From assembly GCA_040112665.1 (NCBI GenBank), contig CP157796.1, forward strand, positions 186,813 through 250,812: a stretch of DNA of 64,000 bases. The letters run 5' to 3'. A program made the translations under genes and the position numbers. This DNA is from Oceanicaulis sp. (lineage in GTDB: Bacteria; Pseudomonadota; Alphaproteobacteria; Caulobacterales; Maricaulaceae). Below are positions 27,478 to 35,280 of the stretch, in pieces. Numbering within the stretch: position 1 is the first letter of the stretch; each line of letters begins with the position of its first letter. The notes below the pieces were generated by a model. The model saw nothing but the letters and a program-made list of their open reading frames with translations, did not search any database and was not told where the DNA came from.

Positions 27478-27927
27478 CTAGGCGGCCATCGGCGTGCGCC
27501 AGGCGATCAGCGCCCGGATGTCGAGCACGGCGAGAAGCTGGTTCTCCAGCCGGTGCACGCCCTTGATCAGCGCCCGCCATTTCGGATCGAGATGGGCCGG
27601 CGCGGCTTCCAGCGTGTCAGGCTTGAGGCGCATCACCTCGCCGACCTCGTCGACCAGGACGCCGAAGAGTTCAGAGCCTTGTTCGAGTCCCAGCGCCATG
27701 CAGGACGCATCGGCGTCGCGCGGCGGCAGTCCGAGCCGGGTGCGCGCATCCACCGCCGTGACGATGCGGCCGCGCAGATTGAGCAGGCCGGCGATCTCGG
27801 CAGGCGCGCGCGGCACGCGGGTGACGTCCTGAGGCGAGAACACCTCCCGGATCTCGCACACCTCGACGCCGAACATCTGCCCGCCGATGCGGACGGTGAC
27901 GTATTCGAAGCTGTCTTCAGAGGCCAT
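27478..27927 (-). CDS. cheW: chemotaxis coupling protein CheW
   Basis: 149 aa from MASEDSFEYVTVRIGGQMFGV. CheW-like domain (G..NLRG.I..V.D.R). Confidence 0.9.
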   Translation of the reverse strand: MASEDSFEYVTVRIGGQMFGVEVCEIREVFSPQDVTRVPRAPAEIAGLLNLRGRIVTAVDARTRLGLPPRDADASCMALGLEQGSELFGVLVDEVGEVMRLKPDTLEAAPAHLDPKWRALIKGVHRLENQLLAVLDIRALIAWRTPMAA

Positions 27928-27940
27928 GTCTCTTATCCCC

Positions 27941-30664
27941 TCAAGCCGCCTCGACCGCGCGTTCGGCGCGGGCGGCCCTGTCCAGCATGGCGATGAGCCC
28001 GCCGCGATCCTTGCGGTCCATGACCGCCAGGAACCCTTCCATCGGCGCGCCGTACGCGTTGTCGCCGACGCCCAGGCGCGGCACGTCCTTGAAATAGCCC
28101 TCGTCGCCGAGGCGCTTGAGCGCGGCCGGGTCGCCCACGACCACGTCATAGGCCGCACCCATCATCGCCGCATCGCGCGCTTCATGCAGGCCGCCCGCGA
28201 CGGTGACGTCGTAGCCGGCCGCAGCCAGAAGCGGCGCCAGCATGCGCCGGGCGAAAGCGTCGGCCTCGACCAGCAGGACCGAGCTGCGCGCGCCGGTCTT
28301 GCTCGGCGCGGTGCGTTGCGGCGCGCCCGACCAGGCGCTCTCCATGTGCCAGGCGATGTCGAGCACTTCGGTCGCCTTGCCCTTGATGACCGCCGAGCCG
28401 ATCACGCCGGGACGCTCGGAGCCCATTTCAAGGTCGAGCGCTTCTTCGACCACGTCGAGAATCTCGTCGACCGCAACGCCGGCGGACTTGCCGTCTTCGG
28501 AGAAGACCAGAACCGGCTGACGGCCTTCGGACACGAAGTCGTCCTGACCGCCCGCATGGGCGAGCGGCAGAAGCCGGCCGCGATACTGGACCACGTGACG
28601 GCCGTCCACGCGCTCGATCGAGCTCGCCTCGAAATCCTCGAGCCGGGTGATCAGGCTGACCGGCACCGCCTTGGGTTCGGCCCCGCCCGCGCGCACCAGA
28701 AGCAGGCGCTGCTTGCCGTGGGCTTTGGCGATGTCGGACGCCTCCTCGTCGGCGGCCTCGGCGCTTTCCTCCGCCTCCATCGCGGTTTCCTGCGCGAGCC
28801 CGTTGGGATCGAGGATCATGATCACCGAGCCGTCGCCCAGAATGGTCGCGCCGGAAAAGACCGAAATGCCGCGCAGCGGACCTGACAGCGGCTTGACCAC
28901 GATCTCCTCGGTGTCGAGCACGTCGTCGACCACGAGCCCCATGCGCCGGCCTGCGGCCTCGAGCACGATGACATAGCCGCTCATCTCGCCAGCCTCGTCG
29001 AGAGACTGGCTGAGCACCCGGTCGAGCGCGATGACGGGCAGAAGCTTGTCGCGCAGGCGGATCATCTTCGCGCCATGCATGCTTTCGACCGCCACCGGCG
29101 AACCAGGGCCGACGCGCACGAGTTCACGCACCGAGAGCTGCGGCACCGCGAAGCGGGCGTCGCCGGCCGCGATGATGAGCGCGGAGACGATCGCCAGCGT
29201 CAGGGGGATCTTGATCGTGAAGGTCGTGCCCTTGCCGACCTCGGAGCTGAGATCGATCGAGCCGCCGATCTGCTCGATATTGGTGCGCACCACGTCCATG
29301 CCGACGCCGCGGCCGGAGAGGTTGGTCACCTGGGCGGCGGTGGAGAAGCCGGCCGCGAAGATGTAGCGCTGGATCTGCGCCTCGCTCATCGCGTCGAGGT
29401 CTTCGGCCGAAGCCAGACCCTTTTCGAGCACCTTGGCGCGGATCTTCTCGGGGTTCAGCCCGGCGCCGTCGTCGGCGATCTTGATGATGATCGCGCCGCC
29501 TTCGTGATAGGCGCTGAGCCGGATCGTGCCGTGCTCGGCCTTGCCGGCGGCTTTGCGCGCGTCGGGTCCCTCGATCCCGTGATCGCAGGAATTGCGGATC
29601 ATGTGGGTGAGCGGATCCTTGATCAGCTCGAGGACCTGACGGTCGAGTTCGGTCTCTTCGCCTTCCTGGATCAGCTTGATCTTCTTGCCGAGATCCTGGC
29701 TGGCGTCGCGGACGATCCGGGGAAGCTTCTTCCACGCGTCGCCCACGGGCTGCATGCGGGTCTTCATCACCCCGTCCTGCAGCTCGGCGGTCACCGAGCT
29801 CAGGCGCTGCAGCGGCGTCTTCAGCGCGCTGTCTTCGACCCCGCGCACGATCTGGTGCATCTGGTTACGCGCCAGAACCAGCTCGGAGACCGTCGTCATC
29901 AGGTTCTCGAGCACGTCGACGCTGACCCGGATGGTCGCGGTCGAGCGCGGCGCGCCGCCCGAGGCCGGCTTGGCGGCGTCGGCGTTCGCCGCAGCGGGCT
30001 TCGCCGACGGCGCGGCGGCGATCGTATCGGGCTCGTCGTCCTCGGCGTCGGCCTCGTCAGCGTCGGCGATCTCGGACTCTTCAGGGCCGGGCGTGTTCAT
30101 GAACGCCGCTTCGAGATCGGCGAGCGAGACTTCGCCGGGGCGCAGCGCCCGGCCGAGATCGGCGTCGAACGCACCCTCGGCGTCAGGATCGGCTTCAGAT
30201 TCGGCGACCGCCTCGATTTCAGGCTCGGGCTCCGGCTCCGGCGCAGGAGCGGGTTCGGGCGCGGAAGCAGCCGGCGCGGCGATCGTTTCGCCCATCGACA
30301 GCGCTTCAAGCTGGCTGATCAGGTCGCTGTCGTCGCCTTCGAGCTCGGCGCCGGTCTGCTCCAGGCCGTCCAGTATCTCCTTGATCCGGTCGAGCGATTT
30401 GAGGACCACGGTCACCGCCGCGCTGTCGGCGATCAGATCGCCGTCGCGGAACTTGCCCAGAAGCGTCTCGCCGGCGTGGGCGACCGCTTCGAGCCGGACC
30501 AGGCCGAGAAAGCCGCACGTGCCCTTGATCGTGTGCAGAAGCCGGAAAATGTTGTCCAACGTCGCCCGATCGGTCGGGTCCGCCTCGAATTTCACCAGTT
30601 CGGAGTCGATGACGTCGAGGCTTTCCGCCGTCTCGCTCAGAAACTCGCCGATCAGCTCGTCCAT
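27941..30664 (-). CDS. cheA: chemotaxis histidine kinase CheA, extended form (Hpt, dimerisation, HATPase, two CheW-like domains, degenerate receiver-like tail)
   Basis: 907 aa from ATG (MDELIGEFLSE). Hpt motif LHTIKGTCG, acidic/PEPEPE linker, HATPase (DDGAGL, GRGVGMDVV), then two P5-like segments and a C-terminal VLLVEAD...DVVVGD segment. Confidence 0.92.
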   Translation of the reverse strand: MDELIGEFLSETAESLDVIDSELVKFEADPTDRATLDNIFRLLHTIKGTCGFLGLVRLEAVAHAGETLLGKFRDGDLIADSAAVTVVLKSLDRIKEILDGLEQTGAELEGDDSDLISQLEALSMGETIAAPAASAPEPAPAPEPEPEPEIEAVAESEADPDAEGAFDADLGRALRPGEVSLADLEAAFMNTPGPEESEIADADEADAEDDEPDTIAAAPSAKPAAANADAAKPASGGAPRSTATIRVSVDVLENLMTTVSELVLARNQMHQIVRGVEDSALKTPLQRLSSVTAELQDGVMKTRMQPVGDAWKKLPRIVRDASQDLGKKIKLIQEGEETELDRQVLELIKDPLTHMIRNSCDHGIEGPDARKAAGKAEHGTIRLSAYHEGGAIIIKIADDGAGLNPEKIRAKVLEKGLASAEDLDAMSEAQIQRYIFAAGFSTAAQVTNLSGRGVGMDVVRTNIEQIGGSIDLSSEVGKGTTFTIKIPLTLAIVSALIIAAGDARFAVPQLSVRELVRVGPGSPVAVESMHGAKMIRLRDKLLPVIALDRVLSQSLDEAGEMSGYVIVLEAAGRRMGLVVDDVLDTEEIVVKPLSGPLRGISVFSGATILGDGSVIMILDPNGLAQETAMEAEESAEAADEEASDIAKAHGKQRLLLVRAGGAEPKAVPVSLITRLEDFEASSIERVDGRHVVQYRGRLLPLAHAGGQDDFVSEGRQPVLVFSEDGKSAGVAVDEILDVVEEALDLEMGSERPGVIGSAVIKGKATEVLDIAWHMESAWSGAPQRTAPSKTGARSSVLLVEADAFARRMLAPLLAAAGYDVTVAGGLHEARDAAMMGAAYDVVVGDPAALKRLGDEGYFKDVPRLGVGDNAYGAPMEGFLAVMDRKDRGGLIAMLDRAARAERAVEAA

Positions 30665-30777
30665 TAAATGCACCCCGGTCCCGATTATCAGGAAGTCAGG
30701 GCGACACTCTCACGCGGGGAGTTAACGGAACCTTGGCCGCAAATCCCGCGGGGGGCGCAAAGCTATCGAAAAAATCT

Positions 30778-31485
30778 CTAGGCCGCTTCGACCTTGCGGC
30801 TGGGACCGGTGAGCGCGGCGAACTCCACCCGCTCCTCGGTCTGGGAAGCTTCGGCGCGCCCCCCGCTCTCGCGGGCGATGAGGCCGGTGTAGTAGGGCTG
30901 CACGCTGCGCCCGTCGAAACCGTTCTCGGGAATTTCGCCGCGGAAAGCCGCGACATATCCGGGGTCGAGCCTGAGCCGGGGGCCGGCGGCGACCAGACGC
31001 AGCCGCGCCCCGCCGTCGGACGACGGGGCGGCCTCGATCGTCACCGTTCCGCCGCGCGGAAGCGAGTCCACCGCGAGCCAGATCAGATTGAGGAGCACAC
31101 GGGCCGCGGTCTTGTCGATCGCCCCGGCCTCGGATTTCCAGACGAGCTCGGCGCGGGCGTCGGCAAACATCGGCCCGGCCAGCGCCTTGATCTCGCTGAG
31201 CGCCATCTCGCCGCCGCGCGATCCCGCAGCGCCGAAGCAGACGCGGGCGTATTCGAGCTTGTTGCGGATCTGGACCGCGCCAGTGCGCAGAAGCCCGATG
31301 GCGTCGTTGCGCATGTCCGCCGCGCCCTCGTCGTCGAGCACGGAGAGCGCCGCGCCCATCGCCGAGGCCGGCCCGGCGATGTCGTGGCAGACGCGCGAGC
31401 ACAGCAGCGCGGCGAGTTCGGTTGCGGAGAGCGCGTCGATCCGGGTCATGGGCTGAACACTGACGCGATTCTCGGTTTGCGACAC
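30778..31485 (-). CDS. chpT: histidine phosphotransferase ChpT
   Basis: 235 aa. Signature LLCSRVCHDIAGPASAMGAALSVL with the phospho-His, and a degenerate HATPase-like C-terminal half. Start is GTG at 31485 or ATG at 31449. Confidence 0.8.
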   Translation of the reverse strand: MSQTENRVSVQPMTRIDALSATELAALLCSRVCHDIAGPASAMGAALSVLDDEGAADMRNDAIGLLRTGAVQIRNKLEYARVCFGAAGSRGGEMALSEIKALAGPMFADARAELVWKSEAGAIDKTAARVLLNLIWLAVDSLPRGGTVTIEAAPSSDGGARLRLVAAGPRLRLDPGYVAAFRGEIPENGFDGRSVQPYYTGLIARESGGRAEASQTEERVEFAALTGPSRKVEAA

Positions 31486-31501
31486 CGCTGCGCGCAGCCG
31501 C

Positions 31502-31726
31502 TCAGAAATCCTGGTCGATATCGTCCCGGCCCGAGCGGCTGGAGTAAAACAGCAGCCACATCAGCCCGCCTCCCACGACGAAGCTCAACACCACGCCGAG
31601 CGCCAGCGCGAACCAGCCATGCCCGGTCAGCTCAGCGTCGACAGAGAACCAGGCGCGGCTTGCGAACCAGACCGAGACGGCGAGGAACACGCCGAGCACG
31701 GCGACGAGCAAGGCCTTCTGCATCAT
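31502..31726 (-). CDS. small two-TM membrane protein (74 aa)
   Basis: MMQKALLVAVLGVFLAVSVWF...WFALALGVVLSFVVGGGLMWLLFY. It lies 16 nt upstream of chpT on the same strand. Confidence 0.5.
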   Translation of the reverse strand: MMQKALLVAVLGVFLAVSVWFASRAWFSVDAELTGHGWFALALGVVLSFVVGGGLMWLLFYSSRSGRDDIDQDF

Positions 31727-31759
31727 GGGAAAACTCTCCGAGGCGGCTGCTGTCCAGCC

Positions 31760-31774
31760 TTACATATTTGTTAA
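31760..31774. promoter_or_regulatory. CtrA-box-like site (7/8 core) in divergent spacer
   Basis: TTACATATTTGTTAA lies 34-48 bp upstream of the small membrane gene/chpT unit and about 205 bp upstream of the M23 peptidase gene. Confidence 0.3.
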
Positions 31775-31978
31775 TTCGAACACATTTCCATTGCAGAACG
31801 CTTGGCAAGCGCACTGCGCCCGGTCAACATGACACATGAGCCGGGCTGCGCCCGGATGCCGACGCGGCGCGTGCGGTCTGCTATTTGCTTGACCGAGGGC
31901 GCACGGACCGAGAAGCCGGCGTCACGGCGTCCGGTCCGTCAGAGGGCGGGCAGCAACGAGGGGAAATCGTAGACGCTC

Positions 31979-33475
31979 ATGTCTGGATTCGACGTTCGAC
32001 TCGCCGACGCCCGCCGATCGCGGACCTTGGTGTTCTTCCTAACGATGACCGGGGTGCTGCTGTTCACCGCCGGACTGCTGATCATGCGCACGCCCCAGCC
32101 TGGGCGCGCAGAGGCCGCCGGTCCCGATATCGACGCCGTGATCGCCAGCGCGCCCGCGACCGAGATCATGGAGATGGCCGGCCCCGCCGCGCCCGCGCTC
32201 GAACCGCTCGCGCCTGAAGAAGTGCGCGCGCCGCGGATCGAAGCCGGCCGGGCGCTGATCGAGGCCGAGCACGCTCTGTTCGCCGGCGCTGACTTCCGCC
32301 CGCAGGTCACCCATGTCGAGACGACCGTGCGGCGGGGCCAGACCTTCGCCAGCGTTCTGGACGCCGCAGGCGCGGACCGGGTCGAGGCCGCGCGCGCCAT
32401 CGCCGCGCTCGAAAGCCTGTTTCCGGCGCGCAATCTGCGCGCGGGCCAGGACCTGACGGTGTTCTTCGAAACCCCGCCCTTCCAGCTCGCCTCGACCGAC
32501 ACGCCTGCCGAGCCGCGCCTGGCCGGGTTTTCCTTCCGTCCCGATTCCGAACGTACCCTGACGGTGGCCCGTACCGGCGACGGCTTCCGGGCCCGCGAGG
32601 CGGTGGCTGCGCTCGACCGCGAGATCGTCCGCGCCCGGGGCGAGGTGACGAGCTCGCTCTACATGTCCGCCGTAGACCAGGGCGCGACCGACCGCATCGT
32701 GGTCGAGCTGGCGAACATTCTCGGCTACGCGGTCGACTTCCGGACCATCCAGCCCGGCGACGGCTTCGACGTGGTGTTCGAGCGCTTCGTGAACCGGCGC
32801 GGGGAGACCGTGCGCACCGGCGAGATCCTGTATCTGGTGTTCGACGGACGTGGCGAGGCGCTGGAATATTTCCGCTTCGAGGCTCCGGATGGGGAGATCG
32901 GCTATTACACCGCCGACGGCGAAAGCGCCCGGCGGCTTCTGATGAAGATGCCGATCAACGGCGCGCGCATCAGCTCGAATTTCGGCATGCGCTTCCATCC
33001 GATCCTGGAGCGCAGCCGGCCCCATAACGGCACCGACTTCGCCGCCCCGCGCGGCACGCCGATCATGGCCGCCGGCGCCGGCGTGGTGCTGCGCGCCAAC
33101 CGGTTCGGCAGCTTCGGCAACTACATCAAGATCCGGCACTCGAACGGCTATGAGACCGCCTACGCCCACCTCAACGGGTTTGCGCGCGGCATCCAGGCCG
33201 GCGCGCGGGTCCAGCAGGGCCAGATCATCGGTTATGTCGGCACCACCGGGCGCTCCACCGGCCCGCACCTTCATTACGAAGTGCATCTGAACGGCCGGCC
33301 GACCAACCCGATGGCGCTCGACCTGCCGACCGGCAAGACGCTGTCGGCTGAGGAGCTCGAGCTTTTCGCCGCCGAGCGCGAGCGCATCGTCGCGATCCGC
33401 GACGGCGCCGCTCCCGCAGCCGCCGATCCGTCAGAGTCCGTCATGGTGGCGAGCCGGAGCGACGACGCGACCTGA
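31979..33475 (+). CDS. M23 family peptidoglycan DD-metalloendopeptidase
   Basis: 498 aa. N-terminal TM anchor and LytM-domain motifs HNGTDFAAP and GRSTGPHLHYEV. Confidence 0.88.
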   Translation: MSGFDVRLADARRSRTLVFFLTMTGVLLFTAGLLIMRTPQPGRAEAAGPDIDAVIASAPATEIMEMAGPAAPALEPLAPEEVRAPRIEAGRALIEAEHALFAGADFRPQVTHVETTVRRGQTFASVLDAAGADRVEAARAIAALESLFPARNLRAGQDLTVFFETPPFQLASTDTPAEPRLAGFSFRPDSERTLTVARTGDGFRAREAVAALDREIVRARGEVTSSLYMSAVDQGATDRIVVELANILGYAVDFRTIQPGDGFDVVFERFVNRRGETVRTGEILYLVFDGRGEALEYFRFEAPDGEIGYYTADGESARRLLMKMPINGARISSNFGMRFHPILERSRPHNGTDFAAPRGTPIMAAGAGVVLRANRFGSFGNYIKIRHSNGYETAYAHLNGFARGIQAGARVQQGQIIGYVGTTGRSTGPHLHYEVHLNGRPTNPMALDLPTGKTLSAEELELFAAERERIVAIRDGAAPAAADPSESVMVASRSDDAT

Positions 33476-33497
33476 TCGCCTGCATCCGGAACAGATC

Positions 33498-33527
33498 AAG
33501 GCCCGGGTGCGCGCCCGGGCCTTTTTC
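33498..33527 (+). terminator. rho-independent terminator after M23 peptidase gene
   Basis: GGCCCGGG-TGCGCG-CCCGGGCC followed by TTTTT. Confidence 0.7.
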
Positions 33528-33530
33528 GTT

Positions 33531-34364
33531 TCAGGGTTTCAGCCGCCGGGTCAGAAAGCCCAGAACCTCGCGCGCCGCCTCGAAGGTCGGCTCGCCGTCC
33601 TGTGCGATGAGGTCCTTGGTCAGGACCGCGTGCGGAAACGGATTACCGCGCGGGTTCTTCGCCTCGTCGGGCAGGACGCGGGTCTGCAGCCTGTCGCCGA
33701 GCAGGGCTTCAAGCGCGGCGAAGCGCTCTGCCTTGCAGCTGGGATCGCCGTCGAAGCGCAACGCCATGACGTCGAGATTATCGCGCCGGCCCAGCGCCTC
33801 GGCTTCCGCGGGTTCAATGTGAATCGATCCGGCTGCGTTGAACGGCAGGGCCGGCTCGCCGGCGACCGCGGCGATCACCGCGGGCTCGACCGCGACCGAC
33901 CAGGCGAAATTGCCGGTGAGGCACAGCCCCACCGCCGCCACGCCGGGACCGCCGCGCTCGGCATGGACATGGCGGGCGAGCGCGCGCAGCCAGTCCGAGA
34001 CAGGACTTCCGCCGGATTTCGCGAACAGGCGGATCTCCCGGCTGACGCAGGCGCGCGCCATGCCCCCCACCCGTCCGTGGATCTGGTGCAGCTCTTCGAG
34101 CGGCGTGCCGGGATGGTCGTAGAGCGCAGGCGCATACACCCGGAAACCCGCCGCCTCGATCCAGCGTGCGAGCCGCCAGAATTCCGGCACGAAGCCGGGC
34201 AGTTCATGCATCAGAATGACGCCGGGCCCCTCGCCTGACACCAGCACCGGATGCGCCGCGCCGGCATGGTCGAAATCGAAAACCTCCGCGAACGGGGTCC
34301 GGTCGTCAGTGTGCAGAATATCGGAGAAATCGTGCGCCGGCGTTTCGGCGGTCTCGGCGGTCAT
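33531..34364 (-). CDS. dienelactone hydrolase family protein
   Basis: 277 aa, alpha/beta hydrolase with a Cys nucleophile elbow GLCLTGN. SD is GGGGAG. Confidence 0.75.
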   Translation of the reverse strand: MTAETAETPAHDFSDILHTDDRTPFAEVFDFDHAGAAHPVLVSGEGPGVILMHELPGFVPEFWRLARWIEAAGFRVYAPALYDHPGTPLEELHQIHGRVGGMARACVSREIRLFAKSGGSPVSDWLRALARHVHAERGGPGVAAVGLCLTGNFAWSVAVEPAVIAAVAGEPALPFNAAGSIHIEPAEAEALGRRDNLDVMALRFDGDPSCKAERFAALEALLGDRLQTRVLPDEAKNPRGNPFPHAVLTKDLIAQDGEPTFEAAREVLGFLTRRLKP

Positions 34365-34459
34365 GAAAGCGCTCCCCGGCGGCGTTTGCGGCGTCGACCC
34401 TAGACCGGAGCGCGGCGGCTTGTAAGGTCCGGCGAGGATGTTGATCGGAGCGCTCCCCC

Positions 34460-35209
34460 ATGACCCGCCACGCCCTCGTCACCCATTGCACCGGCTACGC
34501 CGGCCCCGGCGCAGTACACGCCCTGCTGAAGGCGGGCTTCAAGGTCTTCGCTCAAGACCCGTCCTTCGCAGACGAGCAGGCCTGGCGCGGCTTCGCAGCC
34601 GGACGCTCCGGGATCACGCCGATCTCCGCGGACGGGCCCGAAGCGATCATCGCTGCCGTGTTCGGGGACGTCGATCGGCTCGACGCGATCGTCAGCAATG
34701 ATCATCACCCTGCGCCCGCCAGGCCGGTCGAGACTGCCGACATCGATCAGCTCCGCGCCAATCACGAAGCGTTGAGCGTGTTTCCGTTCGCCCTGATCCA
34801 GGCCGCCCTGCCCCGGCTCAAGGTGCAGGGCGGAGCGAACATCGTGATGATTACGTCCAACCGCGACCGGCTTCCGCTGAACGGCGGCGCTTTTCCCGAC
34901 GCCGCACGGGCTGCGGCGAACGCGCTCACGCGCTCGCTCGCCGTCGATCTCGCCCCGCACGCTGTCACCGTGAACGCTGTCGCACCCAACTTCCTGTACT
35001 CCGAGCAGTTCTACCCGGCGGCGTTCTACAAGCAGGCCGATGAAGGGCGCGCGTATATCGAGGCGAGCGTTCCCACGGGCCAGCTGGCGGAGCCCGAGGA
35101 AATCGGCGAGGTCGTCGTGTTTCTCGCAACAGCCAAGACCCGCCACCTCACCGGCGCTGTGATCGACTTCGCCGGCGGATGGCCGTTCGCTCCGAAGCGG
35201 CCAGTCTGA
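34460..35209 (+). CDS. SDR-fold protein resembling halohydrin dehalogenases but lacking the catalytic Tyr
   Basis: 249 aa, collinear with my recalled HheC sequence. The T-X4-Y-X-G N-terminal fingerprint (THCTGYAG) replaces the NAD(P) Gly motif. VSND, FALIQA, ITS...R, APNFLYSE and LTG are conserved. The Ser...Arg spacing is kept, but the Tyr position holds Pro (AFPDAAR). Confidence 0.7.
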   Translation: MTRHALVTHCTGYAGPGAVHALLKAGFKVFAQDPSFADEQAWRGFAAGRSGITPISADGPEAIIAAVFGDVDRLDAIVSNDHHPAPARPVETADIDQLRANHEALSVFPFALIQAALPRLKVQGGANIVMITSNRDRLPLNGGAFPDAARAAANALTRSLAVDLAPHAVTVNAVAPNFLYSEQFYPAAFYKQADEGRAYIEASVPTGQLAEPEEIGEVVVFLATAKTRHLTGAVIDFAGGWPFAPKRPV

Positions 35210-35227
35210 GACGAGCGCTGAACGTCA

Positions 35228-35254
35228 AGAGCCCGGGGTTTGACCCCGGGCTCT
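35228..35254. terminator. hairpin terminator between SDR-like gene and clpB (convergent)
   Basis: AGAGCCCGGGG-TTTGA-CCCCGGGCTCT. Confidence 0.5.
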
Positions 35255-35280
35255 CCGGCTTGCGCGAATCTTGGGCCCGC

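Noticed and set aside
29075-30725. 530-aa and 349-aa plus-strand ORFs inside the cheA region
   Set aside because: They are shadow ORFs opposite cheA. The Ser/Ala-rich 349-aa product mirrors the acidic, Ala-rich CheA linker.
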